64,000 nt of DNA from Gemmatimonadota bacterium. Its GTDB lineage: Bacteria; Gemmatimonadota; Gemmatimonadetes; Gemmatimonadales; GWC2-71-9. The translations under genes and the position numbers were made by a program. Location of the stretch: assembly GCA_036679645.1 (NCBI GenBank), contig JAZDCY010000063.1, positions 34,795 to 98,794 of the forward strand, given 5' to 3'. Shown here one piece after another: positions 12,285 through 19,982 of the stretch; the stretch's first letter is position 1; every line of letters starts with the position of its first letter. Under the pieces are notes generated by a model. The model saw nothing but the letters and a program-made list of their open reading frames with translations. It made no database searches and had not been told where the DNA came from.

Positions 12285-12622
12285 TGGCGACGCGCACTGT
12301 TCAGTTGGTTCGGCTCGCGCATGCGCGCAGCGGGGACAAAGGCGATACCGCGAACATTGGGCTGATCGCGCTCGAGCCGGCCTACTATCCGGTGCTCGTG
12401 AAGGAAGTCACCGCCGCGCGGGTCGCCCGGCACTTCCGCGGTTTGATCAAGGGTTCGGTTGAGCGGTTCGAGCTGCCTAACGTGCGCGCGCTCAACTTTC
12501 TGCTGCACGGTGCCCTGGGTGGTGGCGGCACACTCTCGTTGAAGACCGACGCGCAGGGCAAGGTATTCTCTACGGCGCTGCTCCGAATGGAAATCCCCGT
12601 CCCCCGATCTCTCGATGTCTGA
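12284..12622 (+). CDS. AtuA-related small protein (stand-alone C-terminal AtuA domain)
   Basis: LAHARSGDKGDTANIG, ALNFLLHGALGGGG, DAQGK. Confidence 0.88.
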   Translation: MATRTVQLVRLAHARSGDKGDTANIGLIALEPAYYPVLVKEVTAARVARHFRGLIKGSVERFELPNVRALNFLLHGALGGGGTLSLKTDAQGKVFSTALLRMEIPVPRSLDV

Positions 12623-13373
12623 CCAGCTGCGCCCTACGATCGAGGCGGGGGTGCTGACGCTCTTGCTGAACCGTCCCGACAAACGCAACGCGCTGAACCA
12701 CGCGATGATCGAGGCCTTGCTCCGCGAGCTGGCGGATGCCGAGATCAACGGGCAGGTTCGTGTGGTGGTGGTACGTGGTGCCGGCAAGGATTTCTGCGCC
12801 GGCGCCGATCTGGCGGAGCTGCTCGAATCCGCCGAGCGGTCGGCCGAGGAAAACGCCGCAAGTGCTGCTCGGCTCGGCGAGGTGTTCCGGTGCATGCGCG
12901 CCTTACCCAAGCCAGTGGTCGCCGTCGTGCAAGGTCGCGCCCTCGCCGGCGGGTGCGGTTTGGCGAACGCGTGCGATCTGATCGTCGCACGCGCCGATGC
13001 GCAGTTCGGATACCCGGAAGTGTCGCGCGGTTTCGTACCGGCAATGGTCATGACGATGCTGCGTCGGGCAACGAGCGAAGCGGTCGCGTTCGATCTCGTC
13101 GCCACCGGACGGATGCTGACGGCGCACGAGGCGGCTGCCGTCGGACTCGTCGCGCGCGTGTATGATGCCGATGAGTTCGAGGATCGCGCGGCGGACTTCC
13201 TGACATCGCTCGCCGCCGCCAGCGGATCGGCGCTCGCCATGATCAAGAAACAACTCTACGAACTCGACGGCCGCAGCTTCGACGAGGGAATCCGGTTGGG
13301 GGCTTCGGTCAACGCGTTGGCACGGAGTACTCCGGACTTCAAGAGCGCCGTCGCGGCATTCCTGAAACGTTGA
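12615..13373 (+). CDS. Enoyl-CoA hydratase/isomerase (methylglutaconyl-CoA hydratase-like)
   Basis: LNRPDKRNAL, FCAGADL, ALAGGCGL, FGYPEV. Confidence 0.92.
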   Translation: MSDQLRPTIEAGVLTLLLNRPDKRNALNHAMIEALLRELADAEINGQVRVVVVRGAGKDFCAGADLAELLESAERSAEENAASAARLGEVFRCMRALPKPVVAVVQGRALAGGCGLANACDLIVARADAQFGYPEVSRGFVPAMVMTMLRRATSEAVAFDLVATGRMLTAHEAAAVGLVARVYDADEFEDRAADFLTSLAAASGSALAMIKKQLYELDGRSFDEGIRLGASVNALARSTPDFKSAVAAFLKR

Positions 13374-13437
13374 TGCTCGCGCCCAGTGCCCGAAGCTGTA
13401 TATTGGCCCGCGTCCAAATACATCTGGGGAACTTGCC

Positions 13438-13941
13438 ATGACCGTACAGCGCCTGTTGCGAGAGGGTCTCGTCACCGGTCTCGTCGGAGCCACGGCCGTG
13501 GCAGTATGGTTTTTCCTGGTCGATCTCGTGGCGGGCCAGCCCTTCTACACCCCCGCCATGCTTGGCTCAGCGGTCTTCTGGGGACTGCGCGATCCGGCGC
13601 TGGTGGAGATTACTTTCCCCGCGGTAATCGGCTACACGATGCTGCACGTTATGGCATTCGGCCTGGTTGGGATGATTGCCGCGGTGCTCGCGGCACTCGT
13701 GGAAAGCTTTCCCTCCACGTTATTCATCGTCGTGGTCTTCTTCGCGATCTTCGAAGTGGGCTTCTACATCGTTGTGGCCATTCTCGCGCAACCCCTGCTC
13801 GGCGGGCTCGCCTGGTCGAGCGTCGCAATCGGCAACTTGGTCGCGGCTGGGGGTATGGGATTCTTCCTATGGCGCGTGCACCCGCGGATACGCCAGGGAC
13901 TCGCCGACCATCCGCTGGGAGAGACGGCCGACGGGGAGTGA
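13438..13941 (+). CDS. Hypothetical membrane protein (about 4 TM)
   Basis: Hydrophobic ORF with GGGGA RBS; His in TM (YTMLHVMAF). Confidence 0.75.
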   Translation: MTVQRLLREGLVTGLVGATAVAVWFFLVDLVAGQPFYTPAMLGSAVFWGLRDPALVEITFPAVIGYTMLHVMAFGLVGMIAAVLAALVESFPSTLFIVVVFFAIFEVGFYIVVAILAQPLLGGLAWSSVAIGNLVAAGGMGFFLWRVHPRIRQGLADHPLGETADGE

Positions 13942-13988
13942 TGCACCGTATCCCGCAGCCCTCAGCGCGCCCCGTATCGGCCGGCACG

Positions 13989-14591
13989 CTACCTCAACCG
14001 TCGGCTACCGTTCCCTTGATAGGCGTACCGCAGGGTGACACATCCCGGCACCGTCCCGGGACAGTAGTAGCCCAGAAACTCGACCTTGGCGTAGTGCCCG
14101 TCGCGGGTGCGAATGGCGTACACATGACCCTTGGGCTCGAGCACGTGGGAGAAAAGGCTGTACCGGTACCAACGCGTGAGCGCGGCGTTCGCGGTATCCG
14201 CACCAAAACGCGTCGCGCGATAGCCGTCGGCCGGCGCCTCGGTGACCGCGCCGAATCCGACCGGGCCCAGGTCGATCGCGTCCCCTGAGGCCATGACGTG
14301 AAAGCGCCGGAACGCGAGATCCCAACCGGCGGTATCGGGCACGTCGAGCGCGGCACCCGACGCGAACGAGAAGAACCGCCACGCGCGGTCGCTACCGGCG
14401 TCGAGTGTCACGGTATCGATCACGAGGCTCTCAGGAGGTACGGCGCGGGCCGCCCTTGGAGTGATCTCGAACTCGAGGACGTCGCGCGGCACGAGCGAAC
14501 TGGCCACGAGAAAGCCGATGGCAAGCACGAACACACCAAAGCCGGTCGCGAGACCTATCTGCGCGCGGCGGGAGGGGCCCGGAGATGACAT
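13989..14591 (-). CDS. HmuY family heme-binding protein with N-terminal membrane anchor
   Basis: WRFFSF, WDLAFRRFHV, WYRYSLFSHVLEPKGHVYAIRTRDGHYAKVEFLGYYC match the HmuY pattern; start 14591 or 14600. Confidence 0.85.
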   Translation of the reverse strand: MSSPGPSRRAQIGLATGFGVFVLAIGFLVASSLVPRDVLEFEITPRAARAVPPESLVIDTVTLDAGSDRAWRFFSFASGAALDVPDTAGWDLAFRRFHVMASGDAIDLGPVGFGAVTEAPADGYRATRFGADTANAALTRWYRYSLFSHVLEPKGHVYAIRTRDGHYAKVEFLGYYCPGTVPGCVTLRYAYQGNGSRRLR

Positions 14592-14598
14592 GGCGGCC

Positions 14599-14627
14599 AT
14601 GGTAGCCGGGGGCCGACCGATTGTCCA
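14599..14627 (-). promoter_or_regulatory. Putative sigma70 promoter for the HmuY gene (leaderless)
   Basis: Minus strand TGGACA-N17-TACCAT, ATG 7 nt after the -10. Confidence 0.5.
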
Positions 14628-15043
14628 ATGATGCTGCTGCGAGCCGCAGGAGCGACGCGACGGTGACCGAACGGTGGCCCGCGGCCCGCGCCCTCAAGTT
14701 CCGGCAGGCGGCATTCGTCTACCTCCATACGGCGATCCTCTATGAGTCCGCGATGTACGCCATGATGCGATCCGGCATGGCGCCAGATCGCCTCGGCCCA
14801 CCAGCCGTGTGGCTCCTCCTTGGCGCACTGATCGCGGCACTCGTCGTGAGCGGGATCTACTGGTGGCAGAACGTGTGGTTCGTGCGCGTGGTGTGGGCCG
14901 TCCACGGGATGCGGCTCCCATGGCTGATCAACGGGGCGTTCTTCGCAGAGACTGCCCGACTGCCGACGGCATTCTATCTTACGGCCATCGTGGTCGTCGT
15001 CATCACCCTGTGGGCGCTCGCGCGCGCTGGATGGGATCTATGA
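14621..15043 (+). CDS. Hypothetical membrane protein
   Basis: Several hydrophobic segments with His in TM (VYLHTAIL, WAVHG); ATGA-coupled to the Mrp gene; start uncertain. Confidence 0.7.
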   Translation: MSNDAAASRRSDATVTERWPAARALKFRQAAFVYLHTAILYESAMYAMMRSGMAPDRLGPPAVWLLLGALIAALVVSGIYWWQNVWFVRVVWAVHGMRLPWLINGAFFAETARLPTAFYLTAIVVVVITLWALARAGWDL

Positions 15044-15885
15044 TGAGCTTCCGAACCTATTTCGACGTCACCGGCGAGGACCGATCCCAGCTGGGCGCCC
15101 AGGTCGAGGACCAGCGCGCGCAGGTGCGGGAACGCCTGGCATCCGTCCGGACGACAGTTGCCGTGATGAGCGGAAAGGGCGGGGTTGGGAAGAGCTATCT
15201 CACGGCCTCCCTTGCAGGGGAACTCGCGGCACGGGGACGCGCCATAGGGGTGCTGGACGCCGACCTCCGCAGCCCCACTGTTGCTCGGCTGCTGGACGCC
15301 TCCGGTCCGTTACGGGTCGTCGAGCACGGCGTGGAGCCCGCGGCGGGGCGAGATGGCATTCGGGTCATCTCCAGCGACTTTCTCCTCGACGACGGCCAAC
15401 CGCTTACGTGGCGTGGTCCCGAAGCCGAACGGCACCTGTGGCGGGGCGCCCTCGAGGCCGGCGTGCTGCGCGAGTTCCTCGCGCACGTCGTGTGGGGCAC
15501 ACTGGACGTGCTGCTGATCGACCTCCCACCCGGGGCCGATGCGGCAACGGAACTGGCACCTCTGGTTCCGGACATGGCCGGCACGATAGCCGTGACCATT
15601 CCGTCGGAGGAATCGCGGCGGTCGGTGGAACGGGCCATGCGGGCGGCGCGCGACGCGGGGCTCACGTTGCTGGGCGTGGCGGAGAACATGAGCGGATATG
15701 CCTGCGCCGAGTGCGGGCATACTCGTCCGCTCTTCGCCGGCGACGCGGGCGCGCGGCTGGCCGACGAGTTTCAGGTCCCGCTGCTGGCGCGGATCCCGTT
15801 CGACCCAGGGGCAGGGAGCCTGGTCACCTCTCCCAGCGCTCCGGTCGGGCAACTCATCACGCACCTCGAGGCTGCGCTCTCATGA
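15040..15885 (+). CDS. Mrp/NBP35 (ApbC) family Fe-S cluster carrier ATPase
   Basis: VMSGKGGVGKS deviant Walker A, DLPPG, ENMSGYACAEC. Confidence 0.92.
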   Translation: MMSFRTYFDVTGEDRSQLGAQVEDQRAQVRERLASVRTTVAVMSGKGGVGKSYLTASLAGELAARGRAIGVLDADLRSPTVARLLDASGPLRVVEHGVEPAAGRDGIRVISSDFLLDDGQPLTWRGPEAERHLWRGALEAGVLREFLAHVVWGTLDVLLIDLPPGADAATELAPLVPDMAGTIAVTIPSEESRRSVERAMRAARDAGLTLLGVAENMSGYACAECGHTRPLFAGDAGARLADEFQVPLLARIPFDPGAGSLVTSPSAPVGQLITHLEAALS

Positions 15886-16340
15886 AATTCCTCTGCATCG
15901 ACTGCGATGAGCAGATGGTATTCGAAGACCGGCAACAGCCCGGAGACGGCACCTTCGCGGCGGCGTTTCGCTGTCCGGGATGCGGGCGGCGGATGGCGCT
16001 GCTGGCCAATCCCATGGAGTCCCAGTTGGTGGGATCCCTGGGGGTCAAGATCGGAGGCCGTGAGCTCGACGAGCAGCCGTTCGAGCTGACGCGTGCCCAG
16101 ATGGTCGGCAAACCGGACGCCTTCGACGATGCCGAGCCGAGCGAGGCGGCGACTGCGGGGAAGCCGGGCCCGGTCGTCTGGTCCCCGCAGGCGGAGGAAC
16201 GGCTGTCCCGGGCGCCGACCTTCGTGCGCGGTATGATCAAGCGCATCTACGCAGAGTACGCCCGGGACCAGGGCATTGCAGAAATTACCCCCGAGGTGAT
16301 GGACACCGCGCGCACGGACCTTGGGCTGGAGGGCATGTGA
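15882..16340 (+). CDS. Zn-finger (CxxC...CxxC) plus PCP_red domain protein
   Basis: MKFLCIDC...FRCPGC; C-terminal WSPQAEERLSRAPTFVRGMIKRIYAEYARDQGIAEIT resembles the BchB/ChlB C-terminal PCP_red domain. Confidence 0.8.
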   Translation: MKFLCIDCDEQMVFEDRQQPGDGTFAAAFRCPGCGRRMALLANPMESQLVGSLGVKIGGRELDEQPFELTRAQMVGKPDAFDDAEPSEAATAGKPGPVVWSPQAEERLSRAPTFVRGMIKRIYAEYARDQGIAEITPEVMDTARTDLGLEGM

Positions 16341-16582
16341 GCGACGACCCGTTGGAGCGGGTCGTGCGGGACCTACGTATTCAGATCGATGCGACCCTGT
16401 GTGTTGCGTTCGGAGACTGCATCGATGTCGCGCCCGAGGCCTTTCAGCTCGACGGCAACGATGTAGTGGCCTTTGTCGAGCCCGATGGCGTCGGACGGGA
16501 ACGCCTGCTTTCGGCCTGCGACGTGTGCCCGGTGGACGCGCTCACCGTCTGGTCCGTCGACGGCACTCAACTGGTCCCTTGA
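16337..16582 (+). CDS. Monocluster ferredoxin ([3Fe-4S]/[4Fe-4S] type)
   Basis: IDATLCVAFGDCIDVAPEAF...ACDVCPVDAL. Confidence 0.9.
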   Translation: MSDDPLERVVRDLRIQIDATLCVAFGDCIDVAPEAFQLDGNDVVAFVEPDGVGRERLLSACDVCPVDALTVWSVDGTQLVP

Positions 16583-16608
16583 CATATCCACGGGCTGGTT
16601 GGCATAGT
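16579..16608 (+). promoter_or_regulatory. Putative internal sigma70 promoter upstream of the USP-rSAM-oxidase genes
   Basis: TTGACA-N18-CATAGT with TG extended -10, at the start of the only sizeable intergenic gap of the cluster. Confidence 0.5.
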
Positions 16609-16745
16609 CCGCCAGGCAAAAAAATGACGGTACGGCACGGCGCTTTGGGAGGGGGCGGGGGACGGGGCGGTGAGGGCGCCGTTGATACAAGTTGGGCCGG
16701 GCTCCGGCCCTGCGACTGCGACCTGCGACCCCTGGAGGGGACAGG

Positions 16746-18657
16746 ATGTACCGTGAGGTATTCGTCCCCGTCGACAACTCGCAGCATGCCGATTGGGCTG
16801 TCGACCGAGCGATCGAGTTATGTGCCGCCAGTGACGGGCGCATTACCGGCAATCATGTGTACGCCGCCCGCTTGCATGACGTGAGATTCCGGCAGCTCGA
16901 AACCGGTCTCCCCGCACAGTTCCAGACCCCCAAAGAGATCAAGCGGCAACGGAAGGTCCACGACAAGCTGATCGAGAAGGGCCTCCAGCTCATCTCCGAC
17001 TCGTTTCTCGATCAGGTTGAGAACCGCTGTGCCAAGAGCTCAATCCCGCTGCGGCGCCAGCTGCTCGAGGGGATCAACTACGAGGAGATCGTCAAGGAGG
17101 TCAACAGCGGGGCAGGGCAGCTACCCAGCCTCATCGGCTTCGATGCCAACATCGCGTCCCGCTACGATGGCGGCGAGACGGTACGCGGCGACGTGCGCCT
17201 CGACGCAGATGGCCGCATTGTGGGTGAAGAGGAGGATCTCGCCGACAAACTCGCCGGTACCTCCGGTCGGGACTACGATCTCGTCATCCTTGGGGCACAC
17301 GGCATCGGGCGGCAACCGTACTCGCAGCTCGGGGGCGTGGTCGCACGGGTAGCGCGGGGGGTGCAGAGGGACACGCTCATCGTCCGCGACGATCGAACAC
17401 TGCGCCCAGACGTTCGATGCGACCCTTTACGTCTGCAGCGCGTTCGACGTCGAATACCACCACGCGGTCTTCAACAACATCAAAGACGTCCTCTCAGCCC
17501 GCGCCTCGAAGGTATTCAAGTTCGAGGAGCAGGAGGAGCTGCACAACAACATCATAGACAAGGGCCTCCTCAAGCTCTCGCAGGCGCACCTCAAGCGCGC
17601 TGAGACGATGGCGCAGGAGTTTCCCGACGTCGAACTGGTCACGCAGATCCTGATCGGCAAGCCCTTCCAGGTCATCCTCCAGTGGGCGGAAGAGATTGAG
17701 CCCAGTCTGCTGCTCATCGGTCGGCACGGGGCGCATCGCATCGATGGAACGGCCATAGGCTCTCAGACGGAGAACCTGCTGCGCCTGGCGTCGTGCAACA
17801 CGCTGGTGACGGGTACGGTGGGGATTCGTCCCGAAGACATTCCGTGGATCGAGGAGGACGGTGAGGCGGGACTCCAGTGGGCTCCCGACGCCGAGGTCCG
17901 GATGCTCCGAGTGCCGCCATTCGCACAGGGCATCGCCCGCCGCGCAGTGGAGGAGTTCGTCAAGGAGCGGGGCGGGGACGTCGTCACGAACAAGGGGCTC
18001 GACGAGGCCATCCAGAAACTGCTGCCAACTCACATGCAGCTCATCATGGGGATCGGTGACGCCGAGGAATTGGCGCGCGCCGAGGTGAAGGCCGACGAAC
18101 AGATGGCCGCCACCGTGGTCATGGGTTCGGAGGACGATACGGAGCCCGCCGGTGCAATGGTGGATGTGAAGTGCCCCATTACGGGACACGTTACCGTTCG
18201 GGAGCGCACCACCGCCGATCCATCCGTGTGGACCCGTGAGGCGTTCGCGCGGCTCGGTGTCGTGCCGCTGATCGCCCGGCCGCTGGCGCGGAACACGGTC
18301 GAGAAGTTCGCGCGCACCCAAGGTTTGTGGCGCATCGCCACCCACATCATGGACGAGAACAAGCAGGCCATGATCGAGGCCGACGAGTTCGACGCCGAGA
18401 CCATGATGGGCATGTTCCGGGAGCTGCGCGCCAAGCAGATCCGCGCGGAGGCGGAAGGCGGCGATGCCCTGTCGCCGGAGATGCGCACGTTCATCGAAGA
18501 GGCCAAGGCGTCGGGTGTCTCGCGGTGTCCCATACGGGACATCGAAGAGCAGACCGCAAAGTGTCCCGTCGATTTCAAGACAATGACACCCGAAGACGCA
18601 AAGGCGGCCGTCGAGGAGCACATGAATCGGGAAGGGACGGGGGCATCCAAGACGTGA
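16746..18657 (+). CDS. Tandem universal stress protein with two PCP_red domains and Cys-Pro motifs; frameshift/deletion near 17403
   Basis: MYREVFVPVDNS, DLVILGAHGIG, LGGVVARV (USP1); second frame from ~17404 AQTFDATLYVCSAF...LLIGRHG...IGSQTENLLRLASCN (USP2 lacking its first strand/helix); two W..dAe.Rl..vP.f.r repeats; may be a pseudogene or an assembly error. Confidence 0.8.
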
Positions 18658-19982
18658 GTGGAACGCCGCTCGCGTTCCTCGAAAACGCGCCGGCGGCGGC
18701 ACCCGGCACCTTTATCCCCCACGTCGTCGCGTGGAACCTCACGCGACGGTGTAACCTCGAGTGCGCCCACTGTTACATCACCGCCGGACCCGATGAAACC
18801 GCCGACGACGAGCTGTCCACCGACGAGTGCTTCCGGATTGCGGACGAGATCCTGGCGCTGAACTCCTCGCCGATGTTCGTCCTCTCGGGTGGCGAGCCGC
18901 TGCTGCGCCCCGATCTCGCCGATATTGCGTCGTTTGCGGTCGAGCGCGGCGCCACTGTCGTCGTCGGCACCAACGGGACGCTCCTCACCGATGACCGGAT
19001 CGACGAACTGCACGGCGCCGGCGTGAGCGGCGTGGCGGTGAGCGTCGATTCGCTCGAGTCATCGTACCACGATCGCTTTCGCCACGGACACGGTTCGCTC
19101 AAGGCAACTCTCGAGGCCGTCGAGCGACTTGGCCGCCACCGGCTCGATTTCGTGGTGCAGGCAACACTCACGAAGGGCAACCGTGAGGAGCTGCGTGATC
19201 TCGTAGCCTGGGCTGCCGAGAAGGGAGCGGTGTCGTTCAACGCTTACTTCCTGGTATCGACGGGGCGCGGGTCGGGCATGCGCGACCTATCGCCCGACGA
19301 CTACGAGGACCTGCTCACCACGCTGGTGGATCTTCACGTGGAGTACCTCGGCCGCATGATGGTGCGCGCGAAATGCGCGCCGCATTTCATGCGACTGGTG
19401 CACCAGCGCGCGCCCGATTCACCCATACTGAACTACGAGACGCGCTGTCCGTGCGGCGTCCAGTACTGCCGGATTACGCCCGACGGGAAGCTCACTGCCT
19501 GTCCCTACCTCCCGCGCGCCGCGGGCGATCTCCGCGAAGCCTCGTTTGCCGACATATGGAATACGGCCCCACTCTTCGTGGAGCTACGCGGCGGCGAGTT
19601 GGGCGGAAAATGCGGACAGTGCAACTACCGCAAGCTCTGTGGTGGGTGTCGGGCACGCGCGTATGCGCTGGAAGGAGACCCAATGGCCGCCGATCCGTCG
19701 TGCGCGTATGAACCGGATTCGGCCGCTACCCTGATTGAGCCGACACGTGCCGTCACGTATGGGAAGCCCGCCACTCCGGGCTTGCAATGGACACCTGACG
19801 CAGAGGCGCGAATGCGCCGCATTCCGTCATTCGTGCGCGGCGTGGTAGTCGACCGCGTGGAGCGATTCGCGCGCGACCGGGGACATCATGAGGTGACAGT
19901 CGATCTGCTGACCGAGGTACGGAGCGCAATGCCGCTCGACTTCTCCAAGCTCAAACCCTTCTTCCTGCGTGACGATGCCTGA
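18654..19982 (+). CDS. Radical SAM/SPASM protein, AhbD/NirJ-like, with C-terminal PCP_red domain
   Basis: WNLTRRCNLECAHCY, SGGEPLLR, RAKCAPHF (AhbD-like), SPASM Cys set CPCG...C...ACPY...KCGQC...CGGCRARAY...DPSC; WTPDAEARMRRIPSFVRG. Confidence 0.88.
   Translation: MSGTPLAFLENAPAAAPGTFIPHVVAWNLTRRCNLECAHCYITAGPDETADDELSTDECFRIADEILALNSSPMFVLSGGEPLLRPDLADIASFAVERGATVVVGTNGTLLTDDRIDELHGAGVSGVAVSVDSLESSYHDRFRHGHGSLKATLEAVERLGRHRLDFVVQATLTKGNREELRDLVAWAAEKGAVSFNAYFLVSTGRGSGMRDLSPDDYEDLLTTLVDLHVEYLGRMMVRAKCAPHFMRLVHQRAPDSPILNYETRCPCGVQYCRITPDGKLTACPYLPRAAGDLREASFADIWNTAPLFVELRGGELGGKCGQCNYRKLCGGCRARAYALEGDPMAADPSCAYEPDSAATLIEPTRAVTYGKPATPGLQWTPDAEARMRRIPSFVRGVVVDRVERFARDRGHHEVTVDLLTEVRSAMPLDFSKLKPFFLRDDA

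Noticed and set aside
16682..16695. FNR box upstream of the USP/oxidase genes
   Set aside because: Only the TTGAT half-site is present; the second half reads GTTGG, not ATCAA
17395..17410. Programmed ribosomal frameshift in the USP gene
   Set aside because: No slippery sequence, and conserved USP residues are missing at the junction, which points to a deletion
15882..19982. Photosynthesis (DPOR) genes suggested by PCP_red domains
   Set aside because: Only the ~45-aa terminal domain is present; no BchL/N/B catalytic domains or other bch/puf genes
18654..19982. RiPP maturase (PqqE/MftC-type) with precursor peptide
   Set aside because: No precursor or PqqD/RRE element seen; motifs and context fit the tetrapyrrole-modifying AhbD/NirJ group better
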